A stretch of 50,395 nucleotides of DNA from Chthonomonadaceae bacterium (GCA_035650735.1 DASRGZ010000001.1:62001-112395), one strand, 5' to 3'. Numbered from the stretch's first letter, positions 29,312-38,699 are shown. Numbers and translations: made by a program. Notes: generated from the letters alone by a model not told the origin.

Positions 29312-30568
29312 TCACTTCTGATAGATGGGCAGCAAGCCTGCCGGGACCTGCAACACCAGGGTCGCCATCGCCGTCGCGTATTCCGGTCCGGCCTCCGAGT
29401 ACCCGTCCATGCGCGACCAACTGCCGCCGCTGTCCTGCATACGCACCAGCCGATCCCGCACGATGGGGAACCACTGCCGCCAGTAGTCGCCGCCCGCCTG
29501 GTACATCGCCTGGGTGACGTAGTAGAGGGCGTAATAGAAGTGCTCGCGGTAGGGCCACTCGTTGGCGCGGTCGAGGGGATGCTGGACCAGATAGCGCAGC
29601 CCGTTCTGGCACTCCGCCGTATTGCGCAGCCCGCCCATGATCAGCGAGAGCACGCCCGCGCCGGTGCGCGCCGGGCCGGACTGCTGCTGCCCGACCTGAT
29701 AGCTGAAGCCGCCGTCGGGGTTGTTGGCGCAGCGGCGCATGTAGGCCATGGCGCGGTCAATCGTGGCCTGCGAGACCTTGATGCCGGCGTTGCGCGCCCC
29801 ACGCAGGGCCAGCACCTGCACCACCGTCACCGAGATGTCGGCGTCGCCCTGCATCGGCTGATAGCGCCAGCCGCCATCGGTATATTGATTGCCGTTTTGC
29901 GTCTGCGTGTCCTCGATAAGCTGGACGGCAGCCTCCAGCTTGGGCTTGAGGTCACGGCGGTGCGTCATGCCGTAGGCCTCGGCCAGCGCCAACGTCGCAA
30001 AGCCGTGCCCATACATTGCCGGGCCGGACTGCCCGCTTCCGCCGCGTATCAGTCCTTTGGGCGCAAAGGTGCCATCCATCCGTACGCTGTTTGTCAGATA
30101 GTTGATGGCCTCATCCAGTACCAGGCCATAGCGACCACGGCCCGGCTGATGCCCCGAAGCCAGGAACGCCATCACGCACAGCGCCGTGATGCCCACCTCC
30201 GCGCGATAGCCGCCGCTGCGCCAGTGGCCGTCGGCCTCCTGATGCGCCGCCAGGTAGGCCAGGCCCTTCCTGACCGCCTCCTCCGACTGTGGCGTTCCCA
30301 GATACTCGCGCGCCTCCACATCCCACGGCGACATGGCAGTGCGTCCCGGCGGCTTCACCGCTCGCCGTTGCGCCGGTATTTTGGAACCACCCGCTGCGCT
30401 AGAGACACAGAGACACAGAGGAAAAACAACAGCGGAGAAAAGCCAGTATCCCAACAGGATTGAGCAGGGTTGACGGGAGGATGGGGAAAGAAGGGCTGGC
30501 TGCTTTTGGCCGTTCTCATCCTGTAAATCCTGTGAAATCCAGTTCATCCTGTTGAGGGCGTTTTTCAT
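29312..30568 (-). CDS. prenyltransferase/squalene oxidase repeat protein
   Basis: YLAAHQEADGHW, MYGHGFATLALAEAYGM, GGWRY..DISVT, YALYYVTQAMYQ, QDSGGSW; ATGA-coupled start. Confidence 0.9.
   Translation of the reverse strand: MKNALNRMNWISQDLQDENGQKQPALLSPSSRQPCSILLGYWLFSAVVFPLCLCVSSAAGGSKIPAQRRAVKPPGRTAMSPWDVEAREYLGTPQSEEAVRKGLAYLAAHQEADGHWRSGGYRAEVGITALCVMAFLASGHQPGRGRYGLVLDEAINYLTNSVRMDGTFAPKGLIRGGSGQSGPAMYGHGFATLALAEAYGMTHRRDLKPKLEAAVQLIEDTQTQNGNQYTDGGWRYQPMQGDADISVTVVQVLALRGARNAGIKVSQATIDRAMAYMRRCANNPDGGFSYQVGQQQSGPARTGAGVLSLIMGGLRNTAECQNGLRYLVQHPLDRANEWPYREHFYYALYYVTQAMYQAGGDYWRQWFPIVRDRLVRMQDSGGSWSRMDGYSEAGPEYATAMATLVLQVPAGLLPIYQK
30378..30552. repeat. repeat family B, copy 2
   Basis: See copy 1. 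Confidence 0.9.
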
Positions 30569-33500
30569 CGCTTTTTCTCCGCCAGGGACTTATAGTAGCG
30601 ATCCACCAGGGGCTGGAACTCGGCGGGGACGCGCTCCTGCTGGCCCTCGCGCATAGTGCGTTGGGCACGTGGCGTGAGCGCACCGAAGCCGCGTCCGAGG
30701 CGCGGATCGGGTGAGAATGTTTTGCCCCGTCGTACCTCTTCGATGCGCAGAGCGCCCCGACGGTCGGGAGAGTTGCCGCGCTGCTGTCCGGGCTGGGGGG
30801 CGCCCTGGCCCGCCTGCTGCCGGGCCTGCTGCTGCTGCTCCTGCTGTTGGAGAGCCTGCTGCGCTATGTTCACCGCGCGGTCCAGATGCCGGAGCGCCGT
30901 GTCCTGATGGGACTGGGTCGGCTGGCCGGTCTGCTGGGAGAAGAGCTTTTGCGCCGCCTGGCCCATGTGCTGAGTCGCCTGCTGGATAGGCTCCTGCAGG
31001 CCGGGAATATCGCTCAAGCTCTCCCCGGCCCGTCGGGTGATATACTGGGCGTCGCGCTGGCCCTCGGTAAGCTGGTTGGCCTCCCGCTGCTGCGCGCGGG
31101 TGAGGTTCTGATCCTGGTTGCGCGCCCGCTCCCGATCCAATGCGCCCGTGTCCTGGCGCAACTGCCGCTGGAGGCCCTGCGCCAGCATCAGTTCGCCGAG
31201 CGCCGCCGCCGCCTGCGCCTCCTGGGGCGACATATTGCTGCCGCCCTGCTGCTGCCCGCCGCCGCTCTGCTGTCCACCGCCCTGCGCCTGCTGCTTGAGC
31301 GCCTGCGCGATCACGTCCAGCGTGCGCGCGGCCTTGCCCTGCGCGGTTTGCGTCTCCGCGTTGGGCAGAGGCGGATCGTGGTTGAGGTTCATGGTCGCCG
31401 GATGCATCTGGCGGGAGGCCCCGCGCAGCGCCTGCTTGAAGGCCAACGAGGGGAAGCGGTCGGCAAGATCGCGCGCCTCATTCTCCAGCCGCTCCTGCTG
31501 AGCAGAAACCTTATAAAGCTCACGCTGCTCGTTCTCGTTGAGCGCGCCATGCTCTCCGGCCCGCTGCAGCCGCTGGGTCGTCCGCTGGAGTCCGTGCTGC
31601 ACCTGCGCCAGCCGCTCCACGCGCTCGCGCAGCTCGTTGGCGACCTGCTGCTGGCGCATCTGCCGCGCCGCCTGCATGGCCTGCTGCGCCGCCTGCATGA
31701 GTTGATCCACTGCCTTTTCGGCGGACGGCGAGGCCGCCTGCGCGTTGTTCTGGCTGAGTTGCTGCGCGGAACGGCCCAGGTTCTGCTGCGCTCCCTGGAG
31801 GCTGCGCTGGGCATTCGCGGAGCTGTTCAGGGACTGCATGACCTGGTTGGACTGCTGCTGCAGGGCGCGTTCCTGCTGCGCCAGTTGGCGGCTCTGGGCG
31901 GTGTTCGCTCCCTCCGATACCTGGTTGGCGACCTGGCGCTGCCTCATCGCCATCTCCCGCAGCTTCTCCGCCGCCTGCTCCAGCCGGTCGGCTGCCGCCT
32001 GGGGCGTATCGTTCTGGCTCTGGGCCGAGGCCTGCTGCGCGGCCTGCGCCGCCTTTTGCAGGGCGGCTGCCGCCCGTTCCTGCGCGGGAGCGGCTGCAGC
32101 GGGCTGGTTATGCTGGAGGCTGTTCTGCGCCTGCCGCTGGTTGCCGGTGACGTTGCCCTGCCGCATGGACTGGGCCGCCCGGCGCAACAACTGGGCCATG
32201 TGGGTATCGCCGCGCTCCTGGGCGGCGCGCGCAGCCTGCTCCAACTGCTGTTGCAGCCGCCGGGTATCGGCGTTGGCCTGGGCCTGCTGCTGGCGCTCGG
32301 TCTGCATCCCGATCTTCTGTTCGGGCGTCAGTGCGGCGCGGCCCTCCTGCGGGCGGTTGGCATGGATGTCTTCGGCCAGCGAGCGGGCGCTATCGGCCAA
32401 GCGCTGCTGCTCCTGGGCCAGCCGCGCCGCCTCCGCCGCCAGTTGGTCGGGCGGGGGCGTGCGGGACAGCAGCTCCTGCGCCCGCTCGATGTCGCGGCGG
32501 ATGGCGCTCTCCTGCCGGTCGGCCTGCGCCAGCGAGGACGTGCGGCTGGAGCGCTGAATGGCGCCGGCGGCGGCGGGCATCTTCTGCTGGGCCAGATTCT
32601 GAAGGACATGCTCAGCGGCGTCACGGCGCTGCTTTTCCGAGGGAGTGGCAAGCCGATTGCTCTCCAACTGTTCGGTCAGCTCGCCGACGCGCCGGGTAAG
32701 GGCGCGCGTCTCCTCGGCAGTGGAGCGCTGGGCCTCCTGCGCGCGGGAAAGAGCGGCGTTGTTAGGTTTCTGCCGCGCCTGCGCCAACAGCTTCTGGGCC
32801 TCGATCTGGCGCTGACGGAGCTGCGCCAGCGCCCGCGCCTCCTCGTCTAACTGCTCCTTGAGCCGCGCCTGCATCTCCGGCAAGCTGACGACGTGGATGC
32901 GATAGGCCAGCGAGCGCCCGGTATGCGGCCCGCGGATAGTATCGTTATCGGTGGCATCAACCTCGTAGCGTATGGTGTCCCCCGGCTGGGCCTGCACATT
33001 GGTAATATCCAGGCGGTCGTCTTTGGCGACCTGTTTTGCGCCGAACGGGCCAGGCAGCGGGGCGGAGCCGCGCCGGATATGCGACTTTCCACCCTCGCCG
33101 CGCAGATGGTCGTAGACCAGCCGCATACCGGCGATGCCGTAGTCGTCTGTGGCGTGGGAGGAAAAGGACAGGATGCCGTTAGGAACCAGGTCTATATCGG
33201 TGGCGGGCCGCGTGATCTGAACGACCGGCGTCTGGTCTTTCTGCGCGCGGATATCGTAGCGCGGCGCGGTCAGATTGTCGAAGCCGTGCCGGTCGGTCAG
33301 CTTCAGGGAGTAGGAGCCGTTCTTCCAGATGGAGAAATGGCCGAAGGCTTTCTCGCCCTGAACGCGCCAGCGGTCCGCCGCCCCCTCGCGCTCGCAGAGG
33401 ACGGAGCGTAGGGGCTTATTGGCGATAGCTTCTACCGCGACCTCCGTGCCTACCGGTGCGGCGATGTTGCCGGTGGAATCGCCCAGGCTCTCCACGCCGC

Positions 33501-34491
33501 GATGCGTATAGGCCGGATACCGCAGCGTCAGGCGCATCTTCAGCAGGGTGGGGCGATCTTCGACCGTGACCTGCCGGGGATTGGAGCGTCCATCGTTGGC
33601 CGTCGCGTATAGCTCGATGTTGCGCGTCACCGCGGGAAAACGGAACTGGAACTTCTGCGCCTTGCCGTCGGCTTCCAGGCGAGTCGCCGTTTGCTCCGAG
33701 GCGGATGGCCGAGCGGCAGCCGGGGTGGGCCGCGTCAGCTCGACCGTGTTCCAGGCGTTGGGCGGATCGCCCTCCAGGCGATAGCTCAGGCGGCAGCGGT
33801 CGGCGGGCGCGCCCTGAGTCAGGACCGCGAGGCTTAGTCCTTCGCCGCGCGGGAGGACGTCGGCGGCGGGCACCACCCAGACGCGGGTATGGGCGTAGGG
33901 CGCGATGTCGGCGCGGGGAGAGATCATGCGCCGCAGCCAGACGGCAAACGCCTGCGGCGCGAACACAATATGCAGCGCCAGCAAGGCCAGCGTGAAGGCG
34001 GCGGAGAGGAAGGCGACGCGCAGAGGACGGGCGCTGACGGCGCGGCGAAAATCCAGGTCAGCGGCAGCGCGGCGGGTCTCCTCGGCCAGCGCGGCGATCA
34101 TCGGGGCAGAGAAGCTGGAGGAAGAGGTGTTGGACCCGGCGCCGGAGGCGGCCAGAGCGGGCGCCAGATCCACGGTCGTGAGCAGGCGCTCGCGCAGGGC
34201 CGGATAGCGTCGCTCCACATAGGCGGCCAGGGTCTTATCGGGCAGCGGACGCAGGAGGGGGCGCACCAGAGCCAGCACCAGCGTGATGAGGGCCGCCACG
34301 CCGATGCCGAGCCGCCACTTCTCGCGCGCCAGAGCGGAGAGTACGAGCGCGCGGTCGGCGTGGTAACAGATCAGGCCCAGTAGGACGACGACGCACACGA
34401 CCCAGGCCAGGCCGGCCAGGAGGCGCATCGTGCGCCACCAGCGGCGTGTCAGGGCCAGTTTCTGCTGGATAGGATCCCCGGACTCTTTCAT
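30565..34491 (-). CDS. large membrane-anchored Gln/Ala-rich coiled-coil protein (DUF4175-like)
   Basis: N-terminal TMs, ERRYPALRERL, YPAYT, ATDDYGI, long coiled coil, C-terminal VPAEFQPLVDRYYKSL. Confidence 0.85.
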   Translation of the reverse strand: MKESGDPIQQKLALTRRWWRTMRLLAGLAWVVCVVVLLGLICYHADRALVLSALAREKWRLGIGVAALITLVLALVRPLLRPLPDKTLAAYVERRYPALRERLLTTVDLAPALAASGAGSNTSSSSFSAPMIAALAEETRRAAADLDFRRAVSARPLRVAFLSAAFTLALLALHIVFAPQAFAVWLRRMISPRADIAPYAHTRVWVVPAADVLPRGEGLSLAVLTQGAPADRCRLSYRLEGDPPNAWNTVELTRPTPAAARPSASEQTATRLEADGKAQKFQFRFPAVTRNIELYATANDGRSNPRQVTVEDRPTLLKMRLTLRYPAYTHRGVESLGDSTGNIAAPVGTEVAVEAIANKPLRSVLCEREGAADRWRVQGEKAFGHFSIWKNGSYSLKLTDRHGFDNLTAPRYDIRAQKDQTPVVQITRPATDIDLVPNGILSFSSHATDDYGIAGMRLVYDHLRGEGGKSHIRRGSAPLPGPFGAKQVAKDDRLDITNVQAQPGDTIRYEVDATDNDTIRGPHTGRSLAYRIHVVSLPEMQARLKEQLDEEARALAQLRQRQIEAQKLLAQARQKPNNAALSRAQEAQRSTAEETRALTRRVGELTEQLESNRLATPSEKQRRDAAEHVLQNLAQQKMPAAAGAIQRSSRTSSLAQADRQESAIRRDIERAQELLSRTPPPDQLAAEAARLAQEQQRLADSARSLAEDIHANRPQEGRAALTPEQKIGMQTERQQQAQANADTRRLQQQLEQAARAAQERGDTHMAQLLRRAAQSMRQGNVTGNQRQAQNSLQHNQPAAAAPAQERAAAALQKAAQAAQQASAQSQNDTPQAAADRLEQAAEKLREMAMRQRQVANQVSEGANTAQSRQLAQQERALQQQSNQVMQSLNSSANAQRSLQGAQQNLGRSAQQLSQNNAQAASPSAEKAVDQLMQAAQQAMQAARQMRQQQVANELRERVERLAQVQHGLQRTTQRLQRAGEHGALNENEQRELYKVSAQQERLENEARDLADRFPSLAFKQALRGASRQMHPATMNLNHDPPLPNAETQTAQGKAARTLDVIAQALKQQAQGGGQQSGGGQQQGGSNMSPQEAQAAAALGELMLAQGLQRQLRQDTGALDRERARNQDQNLTRAQQREANQLTEGQRDAQYITRRAGESLSDIPGLQEPIQQATQHMGQAAQKLFSQQTGQPTQSHQDTALRHLDRAVNIAQQALQQQEQQQQARQQAGQGAPQPGQQRGNSPDRRGALRIEEVRRGKTFSPDPRLGRGFGALTPRAQRTMREGQQERVPAEFQPLVDRYYKSLAEKKR

Positions 34492-34698
34492 CTCTCGTCT
34501 CCCTCCGACCGAACGCGCGGCCCCATGGCGAGTTGCACGGGCCTTAAGAATTATCGGCACATAGCCGGCATACGCTGGCGGAGCGTTTGCAAGTTAGACG
34601 GCAGGCGTCTTTAAAAGTTACGCGCTCACTATAAGGGGCCTACTTTGAGGGGCTGCCTGCTTTACCTGGATGGAAGAACCTCCTTATCGGGAGAGGCT

Positions 34699-35034
34699 CT
34701 AAGCTACCGCAAAGGGCGTTCGCGCGCGCAGCTCTGGAGGATGGAAGCCCAGCACAATGTCCTCCTGGGGAACGCCGTTGGCAAGCAGAAAATCGGCTAT
34801 GCCGAAGGCCGTTCCGTCAGGCTGGACCCATATTTTGTCACCGATAACGTCGCAATGAGCCAGGCAACCGTGAATGCGGCGCGGGCCATCCCAGCCGACT
34901 TCCAGCAGTTCATAGTGTTCGTGCTCCTCGTCGAAAACAAGCTCGGTGCGGATAGACTCTTCTTTTGGTATTTCCGCTGCAATCTCGCAGAGGGCCTGTT
35001 TGATGAGTTCGCGATAGCGCCCTATTCGATCCAT
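34699..35034 (-). CDS. xisI: XisI family protein
   Basis: VFDEEHEHYELLEVGW..RIHG..DKIWVQPDGT..GVPQEDIVLGF.PP..R..T.FAVA. Confidence 0.92.
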   Translation of the reverse strand: MDRIGRYRELIKQALCEIAAEIPKEESIRTELVFDEEHEHYELLEVGWDGPRRIHGCLAHCDVIGDKIWVQPDGTAFGIADFLLANGVPQEDIVLGFHPPELRARTPFAVA

Positions 35035-35156
35035 TGCTCGACTTCCTCCTGCGTCTGCCTGCCACGCCGCAATAGGTAGGGATCGTGGGTGATTGTCCAG
35101 CCGTCCTTGATGAGAGCGTTCTTGCAAGCGTCGTGGAAGAGGTCTCGGCGTGCCAT
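35022..35156 (-). pseudogene. xisH: XisH with an in-frame internal deletion (44 aa)
   Basis: MARRDLFHDACKNALIKDGWTITHDPY (XisH N-terminus) joined almost directly to EEVEQWIE* (XisH C-terminus), overlapping the xisI start. Confidence 0.85.
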
Positions 35157-35182
35157 GTTCTGTGTTTCGCCACTCTAAAACA

Positions 35183-35216
35183 GAACCCCTCCTTGCCGCA
35201 GTGTAAGGAGGGGTTC
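35183..35216. terminator. intrinsic terminator, possibly bidirectional
   Basis: GAACCCCTCCTT-10 nt-AAGGAGGGGTTC with T-rich flanks on both strands. Confidence 0.7.
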
Positions 35217-35243
35217 GTTTGTTCATTCGGTACGGCCAGAGAC

Positions 35244-35540
35244 TTAGCTATCGTAGTTCCTGCCACCAGGGTCAGGGCTACCCACCGATGCCTGCTGCGG
35301 CTCCGCGATGACCGGCGCTGTGTTGGGCTCACGCCAGGCGCGAAGGCAGCGCACCGATTGCAGAGGGAGCCAGCCATCCTCGCACGTCAGATAGCAACAC
35401 CCGTGTCTCTCCTCCACCTTGTAAACATGAAACGCCCGCGTCTGTTCGATGCCCTCATGGTCGCAATAGGTGATGACGAAGACGCCGCCACGACCGATAC
35501 GCTTGCGGGCACATTCCGGGTTAATCCGTTGGGATTTCAT
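35244..35540 (-). CDS. small protein with a WYL/YolD-like (Sm/SH3) pattern
   Basis: SD AAGGAG; VITYCDHEGIEQTRAFHVYKVEE...YLTC resembles the WYL consensus by eye only. Confidence 0.55.
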   Translation of the reverse strand: MKSQRINPECARKRIGRGGVFVITYCDHEGIEQTRAFHVYKVEERHGCCYLTCEDGWLPLQSVRCLRAWREPNTAPVIAEPQQASVGSPDPGGRNYDS

Positions 35541-35614
35541 GCCGCTTCTCCTTTCGACGCGCTCCGTCGGGCGGTTTGGAGGCCGCATCCGGCGAAGCGC
35601 GTCTTGCCCGTGTG

Positions 35615-35773
35615 TCAGCGTGACGGCGCGAATAGCAGCACGATGTCTATGAGCGCGGCGAGCGGGGCCACGCCAATTGTCACCTTCACCAGCCACAGTA
35701 CGGTGTCGCATAGGGCGTCAAACCGATTCGTCCCGTCCTTGTTGGCCTGGCGCTCTTGACTTTGCGGTTTCAT
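35615..35773 (-). CDS. small single-TM protein (52 aa; not in the ORF track)
   Basis: SD GGGAGG; MKPQSQERQANKDGTNRFDALCDTVLWLVKVTIGVAPLAALIDIVLLFAPSR. Confidence 0.55.
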   Translation of the reverse strand: MKPQSQERQANKDGTNRFDALCDTVLWLVKVTIGVAPLAALIDIVLLFAPSR

Positions 35774-35922
35774 AGGGTGTCCTCCCTGGCGACTCCGCCG
35801 CAGAGGTTCGGCGACTGCAAGCAGGAGTCGTTCTGTAATGCAGCGAAAGAGTTGATGGTTCGGCGACTGCGGCAGTAGCCTTTGTCGCCTGCGGGTCTCG
35901 CGCTTCCAACACGAGGCCCGCT

Positions 35923-36013
35923 TACCACACTATTATAACGTGGTATTTGCTGTTACTTACTGTCTACAGTGTTCATCTATTGCCTATGGACAATTCGTAG
36001 ACAGGCATGGACA
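35923..36013. promoter_or_regulatory. divergent promoter region with palindromic operator candidates
   Basis: TACCAC-11-GTGGTA around a minus-strand TATAAT; TGTCTAC/TGTTCAT ... ATGGACA/GTAGACA/ATGGACA half-sites. Confidence 0.55.
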
Positions 36014-36041
36014 GGGCGGTCAGAATCAGGGAGGTAGAGCA

Positions 36042-38501
36042 GTGGCACGGATGGGGTTCTGGCTCTTATCGGAGGATTATAAAGAGGCGATTGAGGAGAT
36101 AGTTCACAGCAGAGGAGACGTCGCAAGCTTTTGTAAAGCGACGGGCGTCTCTCGCAGCACTTACTATAAAGTTATAGGGCGAAAGGAAGGGTGTGAAAAG
36201 GCGACCATCGCGGAGGTAATCACAGCAGCCGGACTGGATAAAAACGACGCCAAGTTTTATGAGAATACCAGAAAGAGAAAGAACGTCACCGGCCCGACCG
36301 AGACGCCGAAGAGCGAAATCTGTACCGTGCTTTTCACCGACATAAAAGATTCTTGCGACCACTGGACCAAGAAGGGATATGCCTTTGCTCGCGTCTGGGA
36401 GTGGCATGACCAATTCCTGCGGGACTGCACCGAAGCGCACAAGGGGCAGGTTATCAAAGGGACGGGCGACGGCTTCTATTTAAGATTCGAGGAGGCGAAC
36501 GACGCTATTCTGTGTGCGGTGGAGGCACAAAAGAAGCTCGGCGCGGGGGGCTTGAGCGCCGAGCATGAGGGAAATACAGAACTATGCGTCCGCATGGGTA
36601 TACATACAGGTCTATTCCTGCTGAAAGTTAAGAACGGCGTACCCGACCTTATTGGGCCTGACGCCAATCTCGCGGCACGGGTTATGGGGGCGGCCTATGA
36701 GGGGCAGATTTTGATTACGGATGCCGTATGCGGAGCCATCCAAGCCGAACAGTTGCCGCTTCGCCTGGCCTATTTGGGAAAACCGACACTGCGTGGAGTG
36801 GACCCCGTAGGGTTGTGGGAGGTGCAGTGCGAAGGCGTGCGCTCTAACTTCTCGCCGCGCATCCGAGTCGCCGCCGATCAACTCTATTGGCGTGTCCCCT
36901 ACGAGCAAAACGACTACTTCACCGGGCGCGACGCCATTTTTGAGGAGTTATGCGCAAAACTGCCGCGGACCGGAGCCACCGCACCCTCGCAGGCATTGCG
37001 CGGCCTGGGAGGAGTCGGCAAAACGCAGACGGCGGTGGAGTATGCCTATCGCTGCTGCAAGCGCGAACCCGGCTATCCCGAATACAGCGCCATCCTCTGG
37101 GCCAATGCCGCCACCCGCGAAAGCCTGATTGCCGACTACCGCGACATCGCCGAAACGCTCGGATTGCCGGGCAAGGACGCGCAGGACATCAACGCAGCGG
37201 TCGCGCAGGTGATCGCGTGGCTTGCCGATCCCACGCATCCGGGCTATCTGCTGGTTCTGGACAACGCCGACACGCCCGACCTGCTGCCCGAATTCCTGCC
37301 CAACTCCCGCAAAGGCCAGTTCCGGCAGGGGCATCTCCTTGTCACCACGCGCGCCGCCAACCTGCGCGGTATCGCCATTCCTGCGTCCATCGAATTGAAA
37401 GAGATGCTGCCCGAAGAGGCGGTGAAGTTCCTCTTGAAGAGCACGGGCCGGGAATCAGTCGATGCTGAGGAGCGCAAAGCCGCTGCCCAACTGGCCCACG
37501 AACTCGGCTATCTGCCTTTAGCTCTGGAACAGGCCACCGCCTACATTAGCAACCATGCAAAGTCGTTCGCCAGCTACTTGCGCCTCTATCGGCAGCTAAG
37601 CCTGAAGCTGCTGGAACAGTACGCGCCGGAGAAGGGCGAATATCCCCTGACGGTTGCGAAAACCTGGGAGATCAACTTCCGGCAGATCGAAGCGCACTAT
37701 CCCAGTTCGGCGGAACTGCTGCGCTTCTGCGCCTTTCTCGATCCGGATGCCATCCCGATGGAACTGGCGTTGGCAGGAACCGCCATAGGAAACACGGCAT
37801 TGGCCCAACGTATGAGTCAAATCCGCTCCGACGCCGAAGCGGAACTGCTTTATGACGAACTGCTGGAGCCGCTGAACCGCTATTCCCTGGCCCGCATAAA
37901 CGCGAACACAACCTTTAGCCTGCATAAAATGGTACAGGCCGTGCTGCGCGACCGAATGCAGGAGGATGACAAACGGCAAAGCTATATCACGCGGGTCGTG
38001 CAAGTCTTAAACGCGGTATTTCCCGACGTGACGGACTTCCGCAACTGGCCCGCCTGTGAGCGCCTGGCGGTCCATACATTGGCTTTAAAACGCTGGATCG
38101 AATGGGCAGAACTGGAGACGGAGGATGTCGCCCGTCTTTACAATCAGACCGCCTATTACCTGTACGATCGCGCTCAATATTCAGAGGCCGAACCTCTCTA
38201 CAAGGAGGCCCTGGCAATCCGGCGTAAGGCTTTGCCCGAAGGCCATCCAGACATCGCCCTAAGCCTCAACAACCTGGCTGGACTGTATCGAAGTCAAGGC
38301 CGCTACGATGAGGCCGAACCTCTCTATCAGGAAGCGTTCGCCATCTTTATCGCGGCGCTGGGACCGCAGCATCCGAACACACAGACCGTCTTTCAGAACT
38401 ATCTGTCCTTTTTGCTGGAGGCGGGAATGGAAGATAAAGCCGAAGCCCTCTGGCCTGGCATCGTGGAGGAGATTCGACTTATGGGGAATGCAGAGGAGTA
38501 G
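36042..38501 (+). CDS. HTH + class III nucleotide cyclase + NB-ARC ATPase + TPR protein
   Basis: SD GGAGGT then GTG; Cro/C1-like FCKATGVSRSTYYKV; FTDIKDS, KGTGDG, GPDANLAAR; FTGR, GLGGVGKT, LLVLDNAD, GYLPLALEQA; SLNNLAGLY TPRs. Confidence 0.9.
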   Translation: MARMGFWLLSEDYKEAIEEIVHSRGDVASFCKATGVSRSTYYKVIGRKEGCEKATIAEVITAAGLDKNDAKFYENTRKRKNVTGPTETPKSEICTVLFTDIKDSCDHWTKKGYAFARVWEWHDQFLRDCTEAHKGQVIKGTGDGFYLRFEEANDAILCAVEAQKKLGAGGLSAEHEGNTELCVRMGIHTGLFLLKVKNGVPDLIGPDANLAARVMGAAYEGQILITDAVCGAIQAEQLPLRLAYLGKPTLRGVDPVGLWEVQCEGVRSNFSPRIRVAADQLYWRVPYEQNDYFTGRDAIFEELCAKLPRTGATAPSQALRGLGGVGKTQTAVEYAYRCCKREPGYPEYSAILWANAATRESLIADYRDIAETLGLPGKDAQDINAAVAQVIAWLADPTHPGYLLVLDNADTPDLLPEFLPNSRKGQFRQGHLLVTTRAANLRGIAIPASIELKEMLPEEAVKFLLKSTGRESVDAEERKAAAQLAHELGYLPLALEQATAYISNHAKSFASYLRLYRQLSLKLLEQYAPEKGEYPLTVAKTWEINFRQIEAHYPSSAELLRFCAFLDPDAIPMELALAGTAIGNTALAQRMSQIRSDAEAELLYDELLEPLNRYSLARINANTTFSLHKMVQAVLRDRMQEDDKRQSYITRVVQVLNAVFPDVTDFRNWPACERLAVHTLALKRWIEWAELETEDVARLYNQTAYYLYDRAQYSEAEPLYKEALAIRRKALPEGHPDIALSLNNLAGLYRSQGRYDEAEPLYQEAFAIFIAALGPQHPNTQTVFQNYLSFLLEAGMEDKAEALWPGIVEEIRLMGNAEE

Positions 38502-38699
38502 TTCGGAACGTTCGGTGAGTTCCCCCACGCAATAAAGGATGTATTCCGCGCAAGGAAGGCAATCCTCGCGCGGTTTTTTGTGTCGCTCTCTCCGGTTGGG
38601 GGCGCACTCTTCCGAAAATGGGAGCGATTCCCGGCAGGTGGGGCGCACCTTTGCACGCCAAACTACGCCGACGCGCTGCCGGAGGAGGAGATTTAGCGC

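Noticed and set aside
29304..29612. N-terminal extension of ORF 28434..29612
   Set aside because: Overlaps the prenyltransferase gene in another frame; the start was moved to 29303.
24502..30568. True squalene-hopene cyclase or terpene biosynthetic cluster
   Set aside because: The proteins are single-domain, appear exported and lack the DxDD motif; they share only the fold.
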